From assembly GCA_964344555.1 (NCBI GenBank), contig CAYFNK010000001.1:24684-88683 (forward strand): a DNA stretch of 64,000 nt, given 5' to 3'. Origin of the DNA: Candidatus Woesearchaeota archaeon (GTDB taxonomy: Archaea; Nanobdellota; Nanobdellia; SCGC-AAA011-G17; PNOQ01). The notes below the pieces were generated by a model. It was given only the letters and a program-made list of their open reading frames with translations. It had not been told where the DNA came from and ran no database searches. A program made the position numbers and the translations under genes. Positions 16,693-24,521 of this stretch are shown here, one piece after another; position 1 is the first letter of the stretch, and each line of letters starts with the position of its first letter.

Positions 16693-17832
16693 TTAATTAT
16701 ACCAGACTCTTAGCTCATTGATTTCCAGGGCTTGGTCTGAAATCAACTCAATATTATTTTCTCCAACCTTTACGAAACTTGTAACATCTCGTTCAAAAAC
16801 TGAATCATAAGTTTCTATGGAGATCAATTTATTATTAATTTTAAAATTTAATATATTTAAATCTTCAGATTCAAAAGAAAGAGAAATCATAAAGGTTTTA
16901 TCCTCCTTGGAATCTAAATCAAAAGAATATGAAGGATAAGCTTCACGGTCTAATTCGTTTACAACCACAATATCATTTATAAGGAAATTACCTCTATCTA
17001 TTAAAAAAGTTAGGGAATTTTTACCAACTAGAAAATCCTCCTCATTCAACTCAACAGACCTGTCTTCACTTACACAAGATATAGTTTCTGAAGAAATTTG
17101 TTTTTCATTAAGATATATTTTCAAGTTAGCAAATTCTTCTTCCAAAGAAGTACAATAAACAGAATATTCTAAATTAGATTCATCCAAAAAATTTTTTTCT
17201 TCTGAACTAAATGAGAAAGATCTCCCTTCTCTAGAGTGCAATTTAACAAATTCGCTATTTAATTCAAAATCTTTCAAGACATATTCATTTTTTACCCAAA
17301 AAAAAATACCTGGAGGATTTACATACAAACTCAACTTATTATTCTCCTCAAGATATTCTAATGGCAAACTTACAGTTTCAAAATCCCCTGGTGAAAGTTT
17401 TCCAGAAAAAATTTGCTTATCATTTAAATAAATATAAAGATTTCCCTTAGATTTCATCACAATAAAAGAAAGATATGCAGAATCTAAGTCCTCTAACTCT
17501 TCAACTTTAAAATTGAACTCTCGATCTAAACTTCCAACCCAGCTCTTACTAACTTCCAATTGGTCAGAAAATTCCTTAATTTCTGGCTCATAATTTAGAA
17601 ATAAATTAACAGAATTAATAGTATGTGTAATCTCATCAGAATAAAATATTTCTCCAGGAGAAACAGATAACAAGATATTATCTTCCAATTCTTCTTCACA
17701 ATAACTTGGACACTCTGTATTCAATAACTCACACTTGTCGCAAGGAGGAAGCAATAAAACATACAAAACTATCAACACACCAATTAAAATCACTAATCCA
17801 GAAACTGTTCCTTGTGCCTTTTTAAACTTCAT
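16693..17832 (-). CDS. large class-III-signal (pilin-like N-terminus) protein with three internal repeats
   Basis: MKFKKAQGTVSGLVILIGVLIVLYVLLL. Repeats: NLYIYLNDKQIFSG...NNKLSLYV, NLKIYLNEKQISSE...KNSLTFLI and LNFKINNKLISIE...ENNIELIS. Confidence 0.6.
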   Translation of the reverse strand: MKFKKAQGTVSGLVILIGVLIVLYVLLLPPCDKCELLNTECPSYCEEELEDNILLSVSPGEIFYSDEITHTINSVNLFLNYEPEIKEFSDQLEVSKSWVGSLDREFNFKVEELEDLDSAYLSFIVMKSKGNLYIYLNDKQIFSGKLSPGDFETVSLPLEYLEENNKLSLYVNPPGIFFWVKNEYVLKDFELNSEFVKLHSREGRSFSFSSEEKNFLDESNLEYSVYCTSLEEEFANLKIYLNEKQISSETISCVSEDRSVELNEEDFLVGKNSLTFLIDRGNFLINDIVVVNELDREAYPSYSFDLDSKEDKTFMISLSFESEDLNILNFKINNKLISIETYDSVFERDVTSFVKVGENNIELISDQALEINELRVWYN

Positions 17833-17870
17833 TATGATGATAGTCCTTCAAAAATTTAAAAGGTTTTCTA

Positions 17871-18284
17871 TCATCTCAAATATCTGGCTAAATTTGGAAA
17901 TTCTTTTTTCATTTCATACTTTGTTCTTTTTTCAGACAAATTAGCCTCTTTCAGACTTCCATTCTTAACAAGAGATTTTAGATAAATATGATAAAACTCA
18001 TGCATAAATATAGCTTTAACAAAATTCGGGTTATCTGTTATGGTATTTATTACTTCATCACTAACATAAACTACATCTTTTTTACTTTTATGGGATACCA
18101 ATGCGCCTACACTTACAGGAATTCCTTTTTTCAAATTTTCCTTAATTAATTCACTTTTTTTGGCAATTTTCCAAAACTCATTAGAATTAACAAGTTTTAT
18201 TTCGCAAGTTATTTTGTGTTTCTTAGAAAAATCAGAATATGTTTTATTACCAATCTCCAAAATCTCTTTCTTGATAAACACCAT
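17871..18284 (-). CDS. small HExxH protein (putative zinc metallopeptidase), 137 aa
   Basis: The only recognisable motif is AIFMHEFYHIYL. Confidence 0.3.
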   Translation of the reverse strand: MVFIKKEILEIGNKTYSDFSKKHKITCEIKLVNSNEFWKIAKKSELIKENLKKGIPVSVGALVSHKSKKDVVYVSDEVINTITDNPNFVKAIFMHEFYHIYLKSLVKNGSLKEANLSEKRTKYEMKKEFPNLARYLR

Positions 18285-18323
18285 CTTAAAAAAACTTATA
18301 AATTTAATAATTTAAAAATTACT

Positions 18324-19193
18324 ATGTTAGAAATAATTCTACTCACTGTAGTCATAATATGGTTAATTGCAGCCACCGTATCAGACATCAAAACAAAGGA
18401 AATTCCAAATTGGCTTAATTTTAGCTTGGTTATCATAGCATTTTCAATATTTTCAATAAAATCAATAAATCAAGGAAACACAAGTCCAATTCTAAAAAGC
18501 ATAATCTATTTTCTAATCTTTCTAGTTATAGGCAACATTATGTACTACACAAAACAGTGGGGAGGGGGAGATTCCAAACTGCTCATTGCACTTGGGGCTG
18601 CAATTCCTGTTTATCCAGGATTTTTGTTAGATTTTTTTAGTCCAAACTTAACAACTTCCTTGCCAATAACATTTTTGATAAACTTAGTAATTATAGGCTC
18701 TCTTTATGGATTAATGTACACTCTTTTTTTAATTCTCAAAAACAAAAGAAAAGTCTTAAATCAATTTAAAAAATTATTAGACAAACATCAAAATCTAAAT
18801 AAATTTCTAATATCTTCTGCCATAGTTGGAGTTTTATTTTTTATATTTTCAAATAATATCTTGGTAAAAACTATTTCACTATTAATTTTGGTATCTCCTG
18901 TAATCTTGAGCTATATCTTCATTTTAACCAAAGCTACAGAACAAGTAGCTATGTACAAAAAAATAGATTCATCAAAGTTACAAGAAGGAGATTGGATTAA
19001 GGATAAAATAGTTGTAAATAAAAAAGTAATTTATTCTCCAAAAGGATTAGGCGTCACTAAAGAACAAATAAATATGATAAAAAAACACAAGAAAAAGGTA
19101 ACAATTAAAGACGGAATTGCATTCGCACCAACCTTTTTAATTGCAGTAATTCTAAGTTTAACATATGGAAATATAATCTTTCTAATAATTTAA
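18324..19193 (+). CDS. prepilin/preflagellin peptidase (A24, PibD/FlaK-like)
   Basis: Polytopic. First catalytic Asp context ATVSDIKTKEIPN, second WGGGDSKLL. The track ORF starts at 18216; the ATG at 18324 gives MLEIILLTVV. Confidence 0.75.
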   Translation: MLEIILLTVVIIWLIAATVSDIKTKEIPNWLNFSLVIIAFSIFSIKSINQGNTSPILKSIIYFLIFLVIGNIMYYTKQWGGGDSKLLIALGAAIPVYPGFLLDFFSPNLTTSLPITFLINLVIIGSLYGLMYTLFLILKNKRKVLNQFKKLLDKHQNLNKFLISSAIVGVLFFIFSNNILVKTISLLILVSPVILSYIFILTKATEQVAMYKKIDSSKLQEGDWIKDKIVVNKKVIYSPKGLGVTKEQINMIKKHKKKVTIKDGIAFAPTFLIAVILSLTYGNIIFLII

Positions 19194-19468
19194 CCTAGTG
19201 CCCTTCTAACATCAACAATTTCTGCAGAATTAACTCCTTCAAGAGATAAGATTTTTTCGGCAACGGGATCTGGAGAACCTTGATCTTCATCCATAACAAA
19301 GATTATTTTTAATGCTTTCAATCCAAAGCCTATGGCCTCTTCTTCAGTCTTAGTTTCACCCTCTCCGGCAAAATCTGAAATTATTTTTTTTGCCTCTACT
19401 TCAACAGCATCTAAATTTACTTCTGGATTTTCAGGCATAATTTTAACAGTTACTATTGCTTTACCCAT
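19190..19468 (-). CDS. ef1b: elongation factor 1-beta
   Basis: MGKAIVTVKIMPENPEVNLDAVE... is a typical aEF-1beta. The track start at 19474 is a TTG; the ATG at 19468 is preferred. Confidence 0.85.
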   Translation of the reverse strand: MGKAIVTVKIMPENPEVNLDAVEVEAKKIISDFAGEGETKTEEEAIGFGLKALKIIFVMDEDQGSPDPVAEKILSLEGVNSAEIVDVRRALG

Positions 19469-19470
19469 TT

Positions 19471-19647
19471 TCAATTAGGCCCCTCAAAAGAACATCCTAC
19501 ACAATTATATTTTATTGAATTTTTCCTACAATCTTGACATCTTGTTATATCTTTTTTACCACAATGAGGACATTTAAAAGTTACAGAACCTTGTGTCCCA
19601 ATTAACTTAGATTTACAAGACGTACAAACAAAATCTTTTTTAACCAT
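19471..19647 (-). CDS. Zn-ribbon protein usually linked to EF-1beta (58 aa, not in ORF track)
   Basis: Hand translation: MVKKDFVCTSCKSKLIGTQGSVTFKCPHCGKKDITRCQDCRKNSIKYNCVGCSFEGPN. Four CxxC pairs. Confidence 0.7.
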   Translation of the reverse strand: MVKKDFVCTSCKSKLIGTQGSVTFKCPHCGKKDITRCQDCRKNSIKYNCVGCSFEGPN

Positions 19648-19689
19648 TTTATTTCTTGAAAAATAAGCTACTTATAAGCTTTTTGACTA

Positions 19690-19763
19690 GCCCCTATAGT
19701 TCAGCTTGGATAGAACAGAACCTTGCGGAGGTTCAGACATGGGTTCAAATCCCATTGGGGGCA
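19690..19763 (+). tRNA. tRNA-Arg (anticodon GCG)
   Basis: Manual cloverleaf. Acceptor GCCCCTA/TGGGGGC, D stem GTTC/GAAC, anticodon stem GAACC/GGTTC with loop TTGCGGA, T arm ATGGG-TTCAAAT-CCCAT. No encoded CCA and no intron. Confidence 0.85.
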
Positions 19764-19895
19764 TCAACTTCTAATATTCTTACCCTCCCTATCTCTTTTT
19801 ATCTTATAGCTCTGTTTCTCTCCTTTCTTCCTACCTATCTTGGCTTTTCTTTTCTTTCTAAGCCTTTTTTGCTTAATCCATTTATAAAAACCCAT
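19764..19895 (-). CDS. candidate very basic 43-aa peptide (eL41-like composition), not in ORF track
   Basis: MGFYKWIKQKRLRKKRKAKIGRKKGEKQSYKIKRDREGKNIRS. Encoded by the polypyrimidine tract abutting tRNA-Arg, with TTTAAAT about 30 nt upstream. Speculative. Confidence 0.25.
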   Translation of the reverse strand: MGFYKWIKQKRLRKKRKAKIGRKKGEKQSYKIKRDREGKNIRS

Positions 19896-19934
19896 AATTT
19901 AAAAAAATAATATTCATTTAAAACAGTATCTAAA

Positions 19935-20483
19935 ATGAAAGATAAATTTACAACAAAAGCATTTTCAGAAGGATATCTAGCCAGAAGCATTTACAAATTG
20001 AAAGATATTCAAAAAAAATACAATTTAATAAAAGAAAAGAATAAAGTTCTAGATTTAGGCGCAGCACCTGGAAGTTGGTCCCAATTCGCAAAAGAATTGG
20101 GGGCAGAGGTTACAGCAGTAGATATAAACAAAATAGAAGCAAAAAATACCAAAATAATTAAACTGGATCTTTTTAATAACAGAATATTCAAAGAACTAGA
20201 TGAAAATTATGATTTAATCTTAAGTGATTTAGCTCCAAAAACAATAGGAATTCAAAAACTTGACAATGAACGATCTTATGACCTAAGCAAAAGGGCACTA
20301 GAAATATCCAAAGAAAAATTAAAAACCAATGGAAAGTTTTTATGTAAAATATTTCAAAGTGGATTCTCTGAGAAATTTATAAAAGAAGTAAAAAAAGAAT
20401 TCAAAATTGTAAAAATAATAAAACCAGAAGCAAGTAAAAAAAGAAGTAAAGAAATGTATGTATTAGGGTTTAAAAAAAATTAA
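19935..20483 (+). CDS. rrmJ: 23S rRNA 2'-O-methyltransferase RrmJ/FtsJ
   Basis: 182 aa. SAM motif VLDLGAAPGSWSQ and DLILSDLAP. Confidence 0.85.
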   Translation: MKDKFTTKAFSEGYLARSIYKLKDIQKKYNLIKEKNKVLDLGAAPGSWSQFAKELGAEVTAVDINKIEAKNTKIIKLDLFNNRIFKELDENYDLILSDLAPKTIGIQKLDNERSYDLSKRALEISKEKLKTNGKFLCKIFQSGFSEKFIKEVKKEFKIVKIIKPEASKKRSKEMYVLGFKKN

Positions 20484-21493
20484 GCATCACCTATTCCTTT
20501 ATTGGTTATGAAAAACATACATTCTCCATCAGGCAAACACGGACTATCTACTAATTTAGCAACTCTGGACCCCTTCTTCCCCCTTCTAAGATAAAGTCTT
20601 ACAGTAGAAGCATGAGCAACAATATTTCCACCTATTGCCACAGTAGGATCCCCAAAGAAAGTATCTGGTTTAGCCATAACTTGATTAGTGATATACACTG
20701 CTAAATTATAAGTATGTGTTAATTTAAGTAAAGCATGCATATGTTTATTCAATTTTTGTTGTCTATCTGCTAAAGTCCCCCTTCCTATGAATTCACTTCT
20801 AAAATGAGCCATAAGAGAATCAACAATAACTAATTGTATGGGCAATTTTTCTTTCACTATCAAATCTTCAACTTTTTCTGCCAAAAGCATTTGATGATCT
20901 GAATTAAAAGCTCTTACAGTACGAATATTTTCTAAAGTTTTTTTATAGTCTAGGCCCATTGCTTCAGAAATTTGTTTTATTCTTTCAGGTCTAAAAGTTC
21001 CTTCAGTATCTATCCAAACCACCATTCCATCGGCTCCGCCTTCACTTTTAGGCAATTGAGAACTAACTGCCATTTGGTGGGCAAGAGCAGTCTTACCAGA
21101 TCCATAAGCACCATAACATTCAGTTATGCAGCCAGTTTCCATTCCTCCACCTAAAAGCTCATTAAATGCTTCAGACATAGTGGTAAGTTTAATCACCTTT
21201 TCTCTCTTCTTTAATAAATCTAGTCCAGATTCAAAACCCATGTCCATTCTATCTCTAGAAAATTGAATTATTTTTCTAGCAACAGATTCTGTAACCCCTG
21301 CACTCTCTGCAATCTCTCTAGGACTTGCTACAGCTATAGCCAGAACAGTAGAATATCCTCCCTCTTCTAACTTAGTTGCAGTAGCAGGACCTATTCCTGG
21401 CAAGTCTTCTAGACTAAATTTATCGTCAGACGGCTCCACTTCAGTAGCCTCATCATGGACAGTATTTAATTCCTCACTCATTTTCACTTTCAC
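20480..21493 (-). CDS. radA: DNA repair and recombination protein RadA
   Basis: HhH LEDLPGIGPATATKLEEGGY, Walker A GAYGSGKT and Walker B LVIVDS. An alternative ATG at 21481 gives MSEELN. Confidence 0.95.
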   Translation of the reverse strand: MKVKMSEELNTVHDEATEVEPSDDKFSLEDLPGIGPATATKLEEGGYSTVLAIAVASPREIAESAGVTESVARKIIQFSRDRMDMGFESGLDLLKKREKVIKLTTMSEAFNELLGGGMETGCITECYGAYGSGKTALAHQMAVSSQLPKSEGGADGMVVWIDTEGTFRPERIKQISEAMGLDYKKTLENIRTVRAFNSDHQMLLAEKVEDLIVKEKLPIQLVIVDSLMAHFRSEFIGRGTLADRQQKLNKHMHALLKLTHTYNLAVYITNQVMAKPDTFFGDPTVAIGGNIVAHASTVRLYLRRGKKGSRVAKLVDSPCLPDGECMFFITNKGIGDA

Positions 21494-21728
21494 CTTCTAC
21501 AAGAAATAATTCCTTTTGCATTTCATTCAAAATAGTGGCTATTTTGGGTAAATCTTGTCTTCTAAAGTTCAATACTTCATCTCTCCAAACATCACCTTCT
21601 TTCTTCCAAGCTCTTTTGATACTTGCAGTCTTAAAATTAACCTTAGTACCTTCCTTAATTTCTTTTTCATTTTGCCAGATTGCACCAGAAATATTTCCCG
21701 ATCTCCAGCTTCTAATTGGTTTTGTCAT
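21474..21728 (-). CDS. small conserved-looking protein with an acidic tail (84 aa), first gene of the radA operon
   Basis: AAGGAG SD. SGNISGAIWQNE...FKTASIKRAWKKEGDVWRDEVLNFRRQDLPKIATILNEMQ...EGESENE. Overlaps the radA start. Confidence 0.5.
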   Translation of the reverse strand: MTKPIRSWRSGNISGAIWQNEKEIKEGTKVNFKTASIKRAWKKEGDVWRDEVLNFRRQDLPKIATILNEMQKELFLVEGESENE

Positions 21729-21834
21729 ATTAAATCAATCTCCTTGCTTTCGCATTTTATTTCATACTCCTGAGAAATAAATCTCCCCTTTTCGGAAATT
21801 ATTTCATGGAGATAAAAGTAATAGTTAATCCAGA

Positions 21835-21870
21835 TTTATAAACAATATTGTGGTCCATGACAAGGTGTCA
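21835..21870 (-). promoter_or_regulatory. TGACA-N3-TGTCA palindrome plus TATA box of the radA operon promoter
   Basis: Minus-strand reading: TGACACCTTGTCA (21870-21858), 15 nt spacer, TTTATAAA (21842-21835). Parallels 2286-2322. Confidence 0.4.
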
Positions 21871-22326
21871 AGAAAGAAATAATATAATTATTCCGAGTAC
21901 AACAATAAAAAAAACAAGATAGTCCATAAGTCCTCCAGATCTTAAAGGGCCATTAATTTTGAAAGATGAAAGAGGATAGAAAGGTTTTATTCCCATAACT
22001 GTAGCACCGTCAACTATAATATGGACACTGTAACCTAAGAAAAAAGCAGCACCAATATAGTTTTCAAATAATAAAATCAACAAAATAAAGAAAAGAAAAG
22101 AAAAGAACAAACTATGAAAAAGTTTCCTGTGGCCGAACATAAAATTCAAAAACCATGAAATTGGTTTAATTTTATTTCCTATCTTGCTATTTGGAATATC
22201 CATATCTGGTAATAATGCACTCATAAAAACAATAGAAAAGAAAAGAAAAGGATGTTCTAAATTAAAAGAATTAATAAAAATTAGAGCAACAAATATGCCT
22301 ACTGCGGCATGTGTTCTGAACATCAT
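21868..22326 (-). CDS. membrane-bound metal-dependent hydrolase (DUF457/YdjM family)
   Basis: 152 aa, 4-5 TM segments. His-rich motifs FGHRKLFHS and YSVHIIVDG. Confidence 0.65.
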   Translation of the reverse strand: MMFRTHAAVGIFVALIFINSFNLEHPFLFFSIVFMSALLPDMDIPNSKIGNKIKPISWFLNFMFGHRKLFHSLFFSFLFFILLILLFENYIGAAFFLGYSVHIIVDGATVMGIKPFYPLSSFKINGPLRSGGLMDYLVFFIVVLGIIILFLS

Positions 22327-23315
22327 CTTGCTTCTTCAAGTAGTTTTTCAGGATCTGCTTCTGATATTCCTCTAGCAATAAACTCTGGTCTACCAAAAAA
22401 CTGATTTTTAACATTTCTACCTTTTATGAGATACTGCTTTCCTAAAATTTTTGATTTTATATCTTCAATACTTCCGATAGTTTCATCATTCAAATCTTTT
22501 TGACACAATATCTCTTCAACTTGATCTGAAAAACAAACCACCCTTATATTTCCAAATCCGTCATCAAAAAAGAAGTTTAAGATGGGAGATTTTTTAGCTT
22601 CAATATTTCCATGTTCTTTACACTTAAATTTATTATCATCAAGGCCTGGTTTTCTCTTACATTTAGGGCAAGAATCATAAAATCTAGGCTCAAAAACCTG
22701 GACAACAGTTCCAAATAATTCTGCACTTGCACCTTCATCTAATTCTGAAATTTTCTTTCTTTCCATGGATCTTCCAGTATCAGAAATAGAAAGATTAACT
22801 TCTCCAAGAGTTTCCCCTTCTGGATTTATACTGAGTTCTGATCTTGAACCAAGGTGAAGTTCTACTCTGCCTTGATTTTCTCTAGAATACCCATTGTTTA
22901 TTTTTACTATATCTCCTTCTTTTATTTCATTTTTATCAAAAAGATTAATCAGGCTATCTTCCCAAATTGCAACCCTAATTGCACCAGATTCATCGGCAAT
23001 CATTAAACTTGCAACTCTTCCTTCGGTTCCATTTCTATTGAATTTATTAATTCCATAAATTGAAATAACTCTTCCAAGAACATTAACAAAACTAGAGCCC
23101 TTGGCAACCTCACTTATTTTTATTTTTCTTTCACCAAGATTTTCAAATAATTTAACACCAAGTTGATTAGCAATAATATGAGCTGCCCCTTCTTTACTAA
23201 CTAAGTCAGACAACTGAGATATTTTTTTATTTATTTTTTCTTCAATTTCTTCCTTAGGTAACCCAGTTTTTTCTTCAATACGTCTCAATATTTCATCATA
23301 GCTAAACTTCAACAT
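22323..23315 (-). CDS. rpa: replication protein A (RPA, OB folds plus Zn ribbon)
   Basis: 330 aa. OB-fold blocks VNVLGRVISIYG...RVASLMIADESGAIRVAIW and Zn ribbon CPKCKRK...CKEHG. Confidence 0.8.
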   Translation of the reverse strand: MLKFSYDEILRRIEEKTGLPKEEIEEKINKKISQLSDLVSKEGAAHIIANQLGVKLFENLGERKIKISEVAKGSSFVNVLGRVISIYGINKFNRNGTEGRVASLMIADESGAIRVAIWEDSLINLFDKNEIKEGDIVKINNGYSRENQGRVELHLGSRSELSINPEGETLGEVNLSISDTGRSMERKKISELDEGASAELFGTVVQVFEPRFYDSCPKCKRKPGLDDNKFKCKEHGNIEAKKSPILNFFFDDGFGNIRVVCFSDQVEEILCQKDLNDETIGSIEDIKSKILGKQYLIKGRNVKNQFFGRPEFIARGISEADPEKLLEEAR

Positions 23316-24022
23316 TCAAATTCACCCTCTATCAATGGATTGTACTCAAAATCCACTGCCCCCTTTATAGTAATTTCCTTGTCCTCTATGACCTTAGGAA
23401 TGTTTTGAGAAGTCACTTCTATCTTAAAAGTATTGCCCTCATTCAAGGATTCAACAGTTAATTCTTTTGAATTCCAGCAAGAGATATTTTTTTCACATTC
23501 GGATACTACTCCTTCAACAAAACTTACAGATTCAGCAAAACTATCGAGGGAATAACTGTATTCAATCTCTAACGGAGAATTTACAAAATATTCGACAGTT
23601 GCATTGTCTACAACAAGATCATATTTTTTTTCATATACATAATAAGAGGAAATCAATCCTACATTATATTCCAAATTTGTGTCTACTTTTATTCTCAATG
23701 CATCAATTAAATCCCCTAGTTCAGGGTAACATTTTTTAGATCCTCTTTGCCAATAAGAATGCCCTTCAATATTAGCTACATTCATCGTTCCCCCTTCATT
23801 AGCTAACTCAAAAATAGCATTTTCTAACTCCAACTTTAATTCACTTTCAAACTCAAACAAATCCTTTTCTCCTAAAACATAGAGTTCCATGATCTCTGTC
23901 TGTGCTTCACCTTTTACAGCCAAAAAACTAAAATCTTCTCCTGTAGCTAAAGATAACCCAAGGCCCACAGAGATTATTACAAATACGAGCAAATATGTAG
24001 TTAACACTCCTTTTTTATTCAA
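23309..24022 (-). CDS. pilin-like protein (class III signal)
   Basis: Start reassigned to the TTG at 24022, with AGGAGGT 8 nt upstream: (M)NKKGVLTTYLLVFVIISVGLGLSLA. Confidence 0.55.
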   Translation of the reverse strand: MNKKGVLTTYLLVFVIISVGLGLSLATGEDFSFLAVKGEAQTEIMELYVLGEKDLFEFESELKLELENAIFELANEGGTMNVANIEGHSYWQRGSKKCYPELGDLIDALRIKVDTNLEYNVGLISSYYVYEKKYDLVVDNATVEYFVNSPLEIEYSYSLDSFAESVSFVEGVVSECEKNISCWNSKELTVESLNEGNTFKIEVTSQNIPKVIEDKEITIKGAVDFEYNPLIEGEFEC

Positions 24023-24521
24023 AACATTCAACCTCCTTTTCTTCCCCTAATAATTCTTGGTATTTACTAAAGTCAACACAAACTTCTATAGTTTCATCAA
24101 TTTTTATTGGAAGATCCACACAAGAAACTTCCAAATTTGATAATACTTCCACATTAGAAGTTATAACTGCAGATTCTGAAGCACCCTCAACATAAACAGA
24201 ATAACAACTTCCATAAACTTCATCAAGTATGAGCTTAGTTTCTGCTTGTAAATTTTCAAAAGAATCTAAAAGATAACTTTCTCTTACTAAGTCAGAGATT
24301 ACAAAATTTTGATTAGATATAGGAGATCTAAGATAATCAAGAGTGACATAACTATTTTCTATATGTTGGAGTTCTCCTCCAAGTTCACCAATCTTTATTT
24401 CTACTTCTTCTTGATTTTTCACATCAATAAAAAACATCAAAGCAAAAAAGATAATTAAGATGAAAATCGTTAACATGACATTTACAATATCCGAAAAGAA
24501 AGTAAATCCTTTTTTATTCAA
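24015..24521 (-). CDS. pilin-like protein (class III signal)
   Basis: TTG start with GAGGTGGTGA upstream: (M)NKKGFTFFSDIVNVMLTIFILIIFFALMF. Confidence 0.6.
   Translation of the reverse strand: MNKKGFTFFSDIVNVMLTIFILIIFFALMFFIDVKNQEEVEIKIGELGGELQHIENSYVTLDYLRSPISNQNFVISDLVRESYLLDSFENLQAETKLILDEVYGSCYSVYVEGASESAVITSNVEVLSNLEVSCVDLPIKIDETIEVCVDFSKYQELLGEEKEVECFE

Noticed and set aside
17833-17839. ATGATGA resembling a C box of a C/D sRNA
   Set aside because: No D box (CTGA) or C'/D' pair lies at the appropriate distance. The sequence is better explained as one arm of the 17836-17875 hairpin and as the region abutting the gene start at 17832.
19656-19910. 84-aa plus-strand ORF from the track
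   Set aside because: It runs straight through the tRNA-Arg gene (19690-19763) and the polypyrimidine tract. Its composition is low-complexity Leu/Ser/Phe, so it is an artefact of T-rich sequence.
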